Positions 25,077-34,472 of a stretch of DNA of 34,472 nt are shown here, in pieces. Where the stretch lies: assembly GCA_051942245.1 (NCBI GenBank), contig JAVECL010000227.1, forward strand, positions 1 to 34,472. The letters are read 5' to 3'. The position numbers and the translations under genes are program-made. The stretch comes from Trypethelium eluteriae (taxonomy: Eukaryota). The first letter of the stretch is position 1, and the number at the start of each line of letters is the position of its first letter. The notes beneath the pieces were generated by a model. It ran no database searches. It was not told the DNA's origin and saw only the letters and a list, made by a program, of their open reading frames with translations.

Positions 25077-27055
25077 ATGCCTTCTCGTAAGAAAGCTTTG
25101 GCAGACCCCAAGCCAGGGCGCCAAGTGCCAGAAAGATCACCCGCGCGTCGCTCTCAACCTGGACCGAGGGCAGCAAAAGCAGCAGCTTTGCGAAAATTGC
25201 AAACTGAAGCATCTACAAGACACATTTCTAAAGCGTCCAAAACTAAGAAGCTCGCAGAAGGAGCGCCTTCCACATCGCGAAGAGATCAAAAAAATAGAGA
25301 GGGAGAGGCTGACAGCGATGTATGCCATTCAGCTGTTTTTGTGGAGACAGCGCTTGAAATAATGCGCTAATTTTCTCTTATCTGCAGTTTGCACGGGGTT
25401 CTAAACAAACACGAGCTTCCTTGGCTGAGCAACAAAATGCATTGACCGAGAAGACCTTTCGCGAGCCCCAAGAATTGTCCGAGACCAGTGAATCAATTCG
25501 ACCTACGACTGAGATAGCTGTGGCTAATCCCGAAAGTGACATAACAGTCAATGCAGGTTCATCAGCTTCAGCAGAGACTCTGTTGTGGATCCTTGAGTCC
25601 AGAACGAGTGAACAAAATTGGTACCGCCGCAAAGGTTATCTGCCATCCATAGACGATACGACCTTAGAGATTGTTAAGATCGTTCTTGGCACAATTCCTG
25701 CACTAAAGATGGCAAGATTGAGGGCCGAAGACAAGAACTTTGCGCCAAGGCTTGATACGGAGAGAAATGTTTGTTTAGATCCAATTCCTGGGGACTCTTA
25801 CCTGCCCGAATTTGAAGAACTTTCCCCGAAAATACCCGAGAACCGCGTCGCAGCTGAAGTGTATTCTCGTCTTTGGGCGGCAGACCTCGAGAATTGCAAA
25901 GGAGAAAATGAGGCCATTTTTCAGCGGACAATTATGATATCTCTGCTGGATCGATACAGACTAATTTTTGGAGACATCGAAGGCTCTGATCCAAAGGGAC
26001 AGAATGATATCAGCAAGAGACCTGCTTTCAACGTGGAAGCAGAATGGACCTGTGATCCAATGCCGACAAGAGCCTTAGTTGATAAGGTAGAGAAGCTCCC
26101 ATTCCTTGCTGCGCCTAAACCAGATCTGTGTGTCTCATTCCGAAAAGAGGACCTCATTCCCAGGGCTCTCTGGAGGCTCATGCCACCCGCATTGAGGAAA
26201 CTTGTTTGTTATGAGGGTGTGGGTCCACCATATAATAAACGCGCTTTTGGATTCTTTGTGGTAGAAAGCAAGAAATCGCGTTATTCACCGGAAGATGACG
26301 TAGCTAAAAGCCAGGCTTTAAATGATGCTAGCCAGTCACTCCACAATATGTTTGAATTTTTTCGAGAAGCTGGCCAAAAGAAGATCTTCTTTGAAAGAGT
26401 CAGATTCTTTTCCGCAACTACATCAGAAAAAGGTCTTATGATTCGCATTCACCGAGCTGAGCCGCTGAAAAGAGATTCTGCAAGCTTTGAAGATGTCGGG
26501 CCCATTCCTACAAAGCCCCCTTACAACCTCGAGTTTCAATTTGAAGAATACAAATTCTTTCCACAACGCGAATTTACACGTGAGAATGTGGTGGATATGT
26601 TCGCAAAAATCATGATCGGATATGGAGAGGGCGTGCTGCATAAACTTCTCAAGAACGCAGCAATCGAGATTGATCGCAAGTTTAAAACCTTACGTGAAAA
26701 GGGCATTCTTCCATTGCAGGCAATCAATGATTATCGTCACGGCCAAAAAGAGTTGCCAAGTCGAGATACAAAAACCCCGCGGCAAAGCGAGCAACTAGGC
26801 CAAGGCGGACGCGGGACATCCACACGGAGCAACGACATTGCACGTCAAGCAGCAGAAGGACGGGTCAGCGAAGCCAATCAAGCAGGTTTAACCCGTAGCA
26901 GCTCTGGGTCCATCCTAGAGGGCAACAGTGTTCCTGAGGATGAACCCCCTAGCACTGGTTTGAGTCAACGCGTTGAAAATTTGGAAACCGGTCCCCCAGC
27001 TAAAAAGCCCAGGACAAGCGGTGGAGGTGGGAGGGGCAAGAACACTGGAAGATGA
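25077..27055 (+). CDS. Fungal PD-(D/E)xK (restriction-endonuclease-fold) nuclease-like protein, DUF7924-like from memory; join(25077..25319,25388..27055), 636 aa
   Basis: NEAIFQRT helix, PKPDLCVSF, FFVVESKK and AKSQA. Intron GTATGC..GCTAAT..CAG joins ORFs 25053..25370 and 25421..27055 in frame. Basic termini (MPSRKK, PPAKKPR). Confidence 0.7.
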
Positions 27056-27557
27056 ACGTAGCAGAACCCCCAAAACTGCTGAAGAGTCTTATCGCGGCAG
27101 CCGTTCGATGAACCCTTCCCTTTCCATCTTCCATTTGGAGGACTTTAGGTGCTGTACTTCAAGGCCGCCGGTGCTTGAGTTGAACAGGTAGTCTCTGAGG
27201 CTAACGACTTGATTTCTACTATATTCTAGCCCTTGATAAGCACTGCTCATACACACAACGAAAGAGATGGTTGTTGACCAGGGTTTGGGCTGTAGATGGG
27301 CAATGCGTGTTTCACTATTACCTTGCTACCGATCAGTGAAAAGCAAGTATTACAGCACTTGGGGATTAGCAAATTGGGGCCCTTCTAATCTGATTGGGAT
27401 AAAGGATCCTCAATCCAGGCACCATTGTGGTTGGGACACGCTAGCTTATGTTGCGCTTATCCTGACTCACGGCAGCTCACGGCGTACCTGTCAGATATTG
27501 TGACGTAGCCAATTAGGACTACAAGGTTCGTTCCTTTTGGTTCAACAGTACCCAAAC

Positions 27558-27620
27558 TTACTCAGTGTGGCTCCATGTGGCTCAGTGTGACTCAGTGACG
27601 GCTCAGGCTGCTGACTCAGC
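27558..27620. repeat. Degenerate 10-bp-period tandem repeat (CTCAGTGTGG-like)
   Basis: ctcagtgtgg/ctccatgtgg/ctcagtgtga/ctcagtgacg, then gctcaggctg/ctgactcagc. Confidence 0.8.
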
Positions 27621-28267
27621 GCTGAAGCTATACCCTGGTGCAACTCACGCCCAATTGCAGAAAATGTCCTTGAAATTACTCCGCTAGGTATGTTCCGCAA
27701 GTGACACAAGTCTTACCGCTGATGAGAGTCTTCAACCCCTGAATCTCAAAGATTTTACATTGACTCCAGTCGCGTGATATGCGTGGTGCGGCTAGGTACC
27801 TGCCGTGCCTACCCAGGTATATACTTGAGAACTTGAATTTGGTGTCCGTGACATTCTGACGCCCATCTGTGCGCTTCGTAGTAAACACGGCCGATGTCTT
27901 CTTCACGCCACCTACATCCGGCATGGGACGATTGCGTGTAGGGACGGATTCCCATTTTAATTCATGCAAGATATCACATGTCGCGTTCACCTTCGCTTAG
28001 CACCACGACCAGTTTTCAGACACGTCGTAAAAATTCACAAGAATTTGGCCGGCAAACCATCCACTTTGAACATCATGAGCGTACTATATCGTCGATTTTA
28101 CTTGGCTTTGGGAGTGGAAAGCCTCGAGCTACTGAAGCTTAAATCGGTCACTTGGGATATCGCTACGTAACGTTGTGCTGCCGTCAAAAGAGGAAGAAGA
28201 TTTCATTGCTCCTTCGGAAACTATCCAGTGATGTTTCTCGATCTTACGGATTTCTCTCTTAATTCAG

Positions 28268-30299
28268 CTAGGACGCGTCATTGGCGAAACAGCTTATAGA
28301 GCCCCAAGTACCCAGATCCGCATACGCAGCTTTAGGTGTAGTGCAACCACTATATTCATTAGAATCAACCCCATTAGAGTCTCCCGAGCAGTCAGTCCCT
28401 GAGTAGACGGTACAGAAGCCGCCTTGAATGGTGAACGAGCCTGGCTGCTTGAACGCCACATTAGTGCACGAGTCTGGACCCACACTACCGCCTTGCTCGA
28501 ACCACGAACAGGAGTTGTTAGTTTGGGAATAGGTCGGCAGATCGTTATTAATCGTAATGCATCCCTCGTTGGGGCTCTGCGCTGCAAAGCCCGACAAAGT
28601 ATACTACAAGAGAGAGAAGAGTGAGCTGGCTGCATGATGGCGCAATAAGTTTGAACTTACGTAGGTAAAACCGCTATCAGAGTTGCACTTTTCGCCACTA
28701 TACTATAGGGATTATTAGATTACCCGGTATCGGAAGATTACAGAGAAACTGGACTGTTTAGCTTACCCCAGTAAGAGTCCAAGATGCAGGTGGAGCTGGC
28801 GCTGATGAAGTGGTGGGAGAAGGGGACTCGGTAGATGTACTTGGTGTAGAAGTGGGCGTGCTAGACGTAGAGGTGGACGCACTGGACGTAGGGCTCGCCG
28901 TGCCGGACGTAGAGCTGCGCGTGCTCGAGGGAGACATGGATGTACTGGATGTTGGAGTCGAAGAGAAACTTCCAATTTGCGAAAGGGTGAAACCTGTCGG
29001 GACTGAGGAGTCTGTTGGGTAGAAAGCCAGTGGGTATGTTGTTCCACTAACAACGGTGACGGCAGCTGCACGTGCGCTGTCATACGCGGAACTGACACTC
29101 GCTGATGCGCTCGAAGGGCAGGCAGACACACTTGTTGTTGTAGCCGTGGTCGTTATATCGCATCCTGTTGTCGTAATTGTGGACGTCTCACAGCTTACCG
29201 AACTACTCAGCGTGACCGAGCTACAAGTAACATATAAATCGTATCCAGTGGTAGTGCTGGTGCAGGAGCTTGAAGAAGAAGTCGAAGAGGTCGAAGAGGT
29301 CGAAGTCGTAGAATCGGTGGGCGAGTTAGTAGGTTCAGATGTTGGATAGGTAGGATCTCCGTCTGCATCCAATGTAATAGATGGCATGTTTGACGAGAAT
29401 CCTAGTGACGACTCGACATTAGACGGGGGAGGAGGCAGAATGCCAGGGCCCTTGATGCTAGGAAGAATGATGCCAAAGCCTCCACCACCACCACCACCTC
29501 CTCCGATAGGAGGACAGAACCAGCAATGTGCAACGGGAATTATGGGCCAGCCATGTGAATCGTGAGTTGCTGAGGACACTCCAGAAGTAGTAGAAGTTGT
29601 CACCGTACCCCAGTCTACGGTAATTAGTGGAGGTGGTGTGTTGCTAGAGGATGAGATAGTCGAGATTCCAGTACTTCCACTCGTCGTCCAGGTCGTTATA
29701 ATCGGGGTTGTCGGAGGCGTTCTGCTCAGGGTCCCAGAAGTGCTACTAGAGGACGAGAGCGTCGAAGTCTGGGTGCTTCCATTCGTCGTCACGATCGTCG
29801 TTGTAGGTGATTTTGTAGAGGTTGTGCTTAGAGTACCAGAAGTGCTACTTGAGGGCGAGAGCGTTGAAGTGTGAGTACTTCCATTTGTCGTCGCGATTGA
29901 CGTTGTTGGTGTTTTCGGAGAGACTATGGGCGGCGTGCCGGACGTGTTGTTCGATCGGGTACTTCCAGAAAATGAGACGCTGGAAGGATTTCCAGAAGTG
30001 GTTATATGCTGAGATCGGGTTGTAGATTCAGAGCCAGAGCTTCGCAATGACGAGCTCCCAGAGGCACTTGCTGGGGCAGAGGAGCTTTGGTTCAAGAAAG
30101 CTCCGGTCGAGGATGAAAGGCTACTGGTGAACACCGTGCTCGAGGAACTTAGATGGAAAGAGTGAGCAGTGGTATCTGAGGTTGAGACACTGCTGTTGCT
30201 GGAATTGGTTCCATGTGAGAAGAAGCCCTGGCCTGCAGCAGCTGCATTAATGTAGCAGAGAAGGACTATAACCCTTGACAAGGGCGCGCTGATAATCAT
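28268..30299 (-). CDS. Secreted Ser/Thr-rich (mucin-like) modular protein with C-terminal 8-Cys domain; join(28268..28603,28661..28702,28767..30299), 636 aa
   Basis: Signal peptide MIISAPLSRVIVLLCYINAAAA. Two phase-0 introns (28703..28766, 28604..28660) and a 42-nt exon YSGEKCNSDSGFTY link ORFs 28758..30347 and 28268..28597. Confidence 0.85.
29734..29922 (-). repeat. 102-bp (34-aa) coding tandem duplication in the Ser/Thr-rich gene
   Basis: ccagaagtgctact starts at both 29734 and 29836; PTTSIATTNGSTHTSTLSPSSSTSGTLS vs PTTTIVTTNGSTQTSTLSSSSSTSGTLS; a third, diverged copy follows. Confidence 0.85.
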
Positions 30300-31098
30300 G
30301 ACGAGAGATCTTCGAATAGGAGAAGTAGAGAGTGGTGAAAGATACAAAGATCGATCAGTACGCGAAGGCGGCGGTCAATTGGTACAGTGATTTCGATGGT
30401 TGAAAGGAAATTATAAATGATTAGAGAATACTCGGATATTTTTGACACGGTTTCCTCGGGAATTATTATTTTCTTGTTTGAATATGAAGACCAGGAATTG
30501 TGTCCTTTAGGGGGGGTATCGTTGCTTTTTTTTTAGGGGGGAGACCATATAAAATTTGCAGTCCAAAATTTTGATTTCCACAATTGAATACGGTATAGAG
30601 TATGCAGAGCGAGATGCCTACATGTTTGCATCATACCGGGCCACGTCCAACCAGCATTTCTTATTATGTGCGCCCAGAGAGGAAATCCAACAGTTAATTT
30701 CGGCCCTGTTCCGTTTGCATATAGCTGCCTGCAGATTGAGATCAGCTGATAGGCTACAGGCTAAAGGAACATGCAGGTTAAGCGAACCTTCCTGTACCTA
30801 CCCGCTTTTCACCTGTTGGCACTGGGAAACAGCCCAGCGAGATAATAGATTGCAGTCTGAGATTTCAGCCATTCTGTAGATCCATGTTTTATCACAGATA
30901 CAGCTTCTAATTTCATGATTTGATCCACGCTCTCCATCGCACGTACCGCATATCAGGACACGGTACATGCAAAGACATTAAAGATTTAAATGGCTTCTCC
31001 AACATCTCTTCACATTCGAAGCATTTATCTAGTCCATGCTTCACGTTCACACTCTCATACCTTTTCCTTCAGGCCCATTTCTTCGTTAGTGCAATATT

Positions 31099-31857
31099 AT
31101 GGTTTCGAATGCAAGAATCTGGACCGCTCTAGTACTATTAATCCCTATCGCGGCTTCTTCCCTGATCAAGCGCGGACCTAGCGTCATCATTGGTTACAGA
31201 AGTGTCAACCCAGTATGTGTCTTTCTCTTCCTCGAAGGGGAACTCCTCAGTGAATAGTATTTTGCTGACAATTATTTGGTAGGACGCGGTTCAATCATAC
31301 CAAAAGGCCGGCAATACTCTGACGTACAAGAAGGGTTCCAGCTCTGACCAACTGGGACCTGGTGTCTACATAAGCCCCGTCCTTGGAGATTGGGTTATGG
31401 GAAGCTGGGAGTGTGCTATCCTCGCCGACTCTGATGCCTGGAATAAGATTAATAAGGCATGGGTGCCTGAGATTGCGGATGACGGCTGTACGCCGCTATG
31501 GTGGAGCAACGGAGGTAGGGTAATTCTGCAAGCTCTCTGAAACTTACTTGCCCTGCATTTAGCCCGTGCTAACATGATGCCTTCAAAGCGCCTAATAGAA
31601 ACGCATACCTAAAGCAAACAGGCGGCTCAGGGTTCACAACAGATAACACCGTACTGCTAAGCAAGATTGATATTACCGGCCAGCAGAAACTGCAGTTAAT
31701 GATTCCAGCAGCTCTAATAGGTGGTAGCGGTGGTTTGAAACTCCAGGTTCAGTGCGTCGAGAAGACAAACCAGGAAGGCCTTAACCAGATTGGTGTATAC
31801 GGTAATGCCGACTGGTATAGTTGGTCGGATGTCAAAGGCACCCCACAGCGTTTCTAA
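31099..31857 (+). CDS. Small secreted protein, DUF5910-like from memory, putative ADP-ribosyltransferase fold; join(31099..31212,31283..31514,31589..31857), 204 aa
   Basis: Not in the ORF track. Spliced product MVSNARIWTALVLLIPIAASSLIKRGPSVIIGYRSVNP|DAVQSYQKAGNTLTYKKGSSSDQLGPGVYISPVLGDWVMGSWECAILADSDAWNKINKAWVPEIADDGCTPLWWSNG|APNRNAYLKQTGGSGFTTDNTVLLSKIDITGQQKLQLMIPAALIGGSGGLKLQVQCVEKTNQEGLNQIGVYGNADWYSWSDVKGTPQRF. Introns GTATGT..GCTGAC..TAG and GTAGGG..GCTAAC..AAG. Confidence 0.85.
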
Positions 31858-32781
31858 CTGAAAATCTTCATGCAGAGGAAAGTGAGAGTCCAGGGAAAGG
31901 ATAGCTGGGCTATTCCGGAGGTCATCGACGCAAGAGTCGCTCAAAGGCATTGTAGTCATGCAATTCGTCATCTGTTACTAGTAAGATTTGTCCCAGATAC
32001 TCCCGTCGACCGCCCTAAGACCTTGGAGGTGACAGCTACTTCAATTCAAGCCCAGTGTAGTCAATATCAGCCCGTTTAGATATAGCATATATGGATCACA
32101 AAGATTGCGGAAGCCGCTTTCGCATGGAAGACATCTGTCCATCGTGTTTCTTCCGGTTGAATTCGAAGTGCTCTTTACCTCTTCAGTAGCATATAGAGAG
32201 CGCTGCTTTTGGCGCAACGAGCCAAGCTTGTATAGATTGAAGAGTCTCATTCTTGAGAGCATCAGATGATTGGTCGATGATGCTGATTACAGCCATTTCG
32301 GAGATGTTAAGATATCCATCAGAGACATGATCGCCGTAAGGGACATTGTGAAAAGAAAAGACGATCAATTTCAGAAGCCATGGTAGTTTGAACAATAGAG
32401 AACGTAGGATTATAGGGAACGCAAATGGTAGAGTGGGGAAGAGCAGAGGTTGAAATGGTGAGAGCTGTCACGTGTCGTGGCGAACAGTGCAGTTGCCTTG
32501 GATACTCTATCATAACAGAGGAAAAGGGGCATTTGATCCGAGATATTACTACCAGGTAATTAGCCGCCCTCTGCCAAGGCCTAAAATGGATTACGCTCAG
32601 ACGATCTCATTTGAACTACATCTGAAATTTGTTTGTTTCTCATTGGCAGTTTTATTTATTTATTTATTTTTGTTCTTTTTCCTCTCCTTTCAGCTGTGAA
32701 TATGGGAGGTCTGGCCTGTTCGAGCAGGGACCACCTCGACCTAAGCAGCCACACCTATTTCTAGGTCGCCACTTCCGCATC

Positions 32782-32913
32782 ATGGCAACAATATCTGTCA
32801 TCGCATCGTCGAATATGGATGAAGAAACTTGCTTTTTGCTCTGCAAAGAGAAGGAGTGGTGCTTTGATACGGATGGCAGGTCTATCAAATTTAATGAGGA
32901 CGGCACAGGCGAG
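32782..32913 (+). pseudogene. First exon of a fungal hypothetical-protein gene, apparently interrupted by the adjacent transposon
   Basis: MDEETCFLLCKEKEWCFDTDGRSIKFNEDGTGE followed by a possible donor GTTCGA at 32914; no plausible second exon before the element begins ~50-80 bp later. Confidence 0.5.
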
Positions 32914-32966
32914 GTTCGAAGGCTCTCGTGCTTGGCATTTCCCTGTCACTACAGCGCACGTAAGCA

Positions 32967-34472
32967 TAGCCAACCATGGAATAAATTATGCATATCCAAA
33001 CTAGTCTGAATTGGATTTGGATAGAATGAATAATTGCGTAATTATCCGTAGTTGTGTCCAATCCCCTGTCAGTTTAGAGGTTAATTTCTGCACTAAAAAA
33101 TTCTTCCATCCGACCTTTATACTGTACCAAAATGGAGTCAAATTCTGAAGCTTCTTATGTTACACCTTCTTCCGGAACCACTGTTATATAACCCAAGAAA
33201 AAGACCTTAGATATTTATTAATACATGTGTTAGCCACATAAAAATAAGCTCCAATTTAAGAGAGGACGGCTACTTTTTTATTATAATTATAATAAAGAAT
33301 AATGCAAGTATTATATAAAAATAATTATAAACTTTTATAGCTATTTATAAGCAAAATATAATATTATTAATAATGCTTATATTCTATAAGTAAAATAGGC
33401 TATGTATACCCAACTTACTTAATTATATAAAAAAGTAATAAAGAATGTGTATAAAATTAATAAGCTTAAAAGTTAAATTTTTAAACAACCTTTAAATAAA
33501 AAGCTTATTAAAAAAGTATTACTTAAACTTCTTATTATATAAAACCTTTTTTTTGGCCTTATTAAATAGCTAAAGTTTTACACAGTAATAGCTTTATTTA
33601 ATCCAGTAAGAAGTTTATTCCTTTTTTTAAGTAATAAAGTCCTTACTTCTGCAATATAAAAGTAATATATCTGCTAAAAAAATATTATATAAAAGGATGT
33701 TTAATTAGCACTTATAAATATCCATTTTTTATTTAATATTTAAACTTTATTAAATAACCTCCTTTTTATTATAATTTATGCTTATTATATTAATAATAAG
33801 CTAAAATTTTAAAACCTCCTTTTTGCCCTTTGTATAATAATTAGATATTTTAAATAAACCTAATAGCTTATTATTTTTTTAATACTTTAAAAGTATGGAA
33901 TTATATAAAAATTTAGTGTTATAATTATAAATAACTTAAGTATTAATAATACCCTTTATTATATAATTAATTAATATTTAAAAAAAAAAAAAATATTAAT
34001 TAGAATAAAAAAAAATAAAGAATATGTTATTAAGAATATATTATTAATTTTGCTATCCAAAATTTTTTGTTTAAAGGTATTATTAATCTAAAAATACTTA
34101 ATTTATATAATAAAAAAGAGAATAATAATGTTAAATTAAATAAAATATAAAAAAAGGAAAAAGCTGAATAATATTATACACTTAAAGTTTTTAAAAAGCT
34201 GCATAATATTATTATTTATATTCACAGTTTGCTACTTTAAATAAATAACTTTAAAAATATTATTAATAAAAATAAAATAATATTATTAAATAATTATATA
34301 AGGTGGAATTTTTAATGGAAAGTTCTTAAAACAGCTTTAAAGCTTAAAATAAGTATTAATTAATATATAAAGCTTTATATTAAGAGTCTGCTACTTAATA
34401 CTTTTAATCCACATAATTAGAATTAGCTTTATATAATTTATAATTTTTTAGAATTATTTTATTATACAATAC
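32967..34472 (+). mobile_element. hAT-superfamily DNA transposon, heavily RIP-mutated, truncated by the window end; left boundary approximate
   Basis: Abrupt switch to very AT/TpA-rich sequence; subterminal inverted repeat TATCCAAA (32993-33000) / TTTGGATA (33016-33023); contains a decayed hAT transposase. Confidence 0.85.
33132..34472 (+). pseudogene. RIP-inactivated hAT transposase with N-terminal BED zinc finger
   Basis: Reversing only T>C/A>G changes recovers these motifs in order: TNFxSHLxAKH (33327-33359), NLxFxLVEWPEF (33543-33578), IHFSFDIWTS (33720-33749), DNSSTNDTL (33930-33956), IRCxGHIINL (from 34022), KLHNIxxHIRS (from 34196) and DNxTRWNS (AGG TGG AAT at 34301-34309). One frameshift lies in the poly-A runs between 33960 and 34022. 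Confidence 0.9.

Noticed and set aside
27558..27620. CRISPR-like array
   Set aside because: Eukaryotic context, 10-bp units, no spacers.
27676..28100. Minus-strand frame open except for one stop (..GWFAGQILVNFYDVSENWSWC*AKVNATCDILHELKW..)
   Set aside because: Possibly a pseudogene, but I recognise no family and cannot build a gene model.
28810..29874. Val/Glu/Leu-rich plus-strand ORFs
   Set aside because: Antisense translation of the Ser/Thr codons of the secreted gene.
32041..32513. Staggered minus-strand ORFs suggesting a frameshifted relic
   Set aside because: No recognisable motif; cannot be distinguished from chance.
23500..34472. Starship element as the explanation for the accessory region
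   Set aside because: No DUF3435 tyrosine-recombinase captain or element boundary is visible in this window; it cannot be excluded from outside context.

Overview
Eukaryotic DNA from a filamentous ascomycete (Pezizomycotina, probably Eurotiomycetes-like). Introns are short GT-AG with CTRAC/CTAAT branch points, so many ORFs in the track are exon fragments or antisense shadows. The left ~23 kb is core-genome-like: an aspergillopepsin-type aspartic protease with an unusually long, structured intron; a divergent DBP6 / SPT14 (PIG-A) pair; a MIF/tautomerase-domain gene; a GNAT; a vWA gene; a BTB-like gene; and the divergent FTR1/FET3 reductive iron-uptake pair with SreA-type ATCTGATAA sites. The right ~11 kb looks accessory: a small zinc-ribbon gene, a PD-(D/E)xK nuclease-like gene and a 10-bp-period repeat. 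It also has a head-to-head pair of secreted-protein genes: a mucin-like protein with an 8-Cys two-fold-repeat tip, and a 204-aa ADP-ribosyltransferase-like protein absent from the ORF track. The window ends with an interrupted gene fragment and a heavily RIP-mutated hAT transposon that runs off the edge. Gene models were built by hand from splice signals and reading frames. Family assignments come from motif recognition, not database searches.
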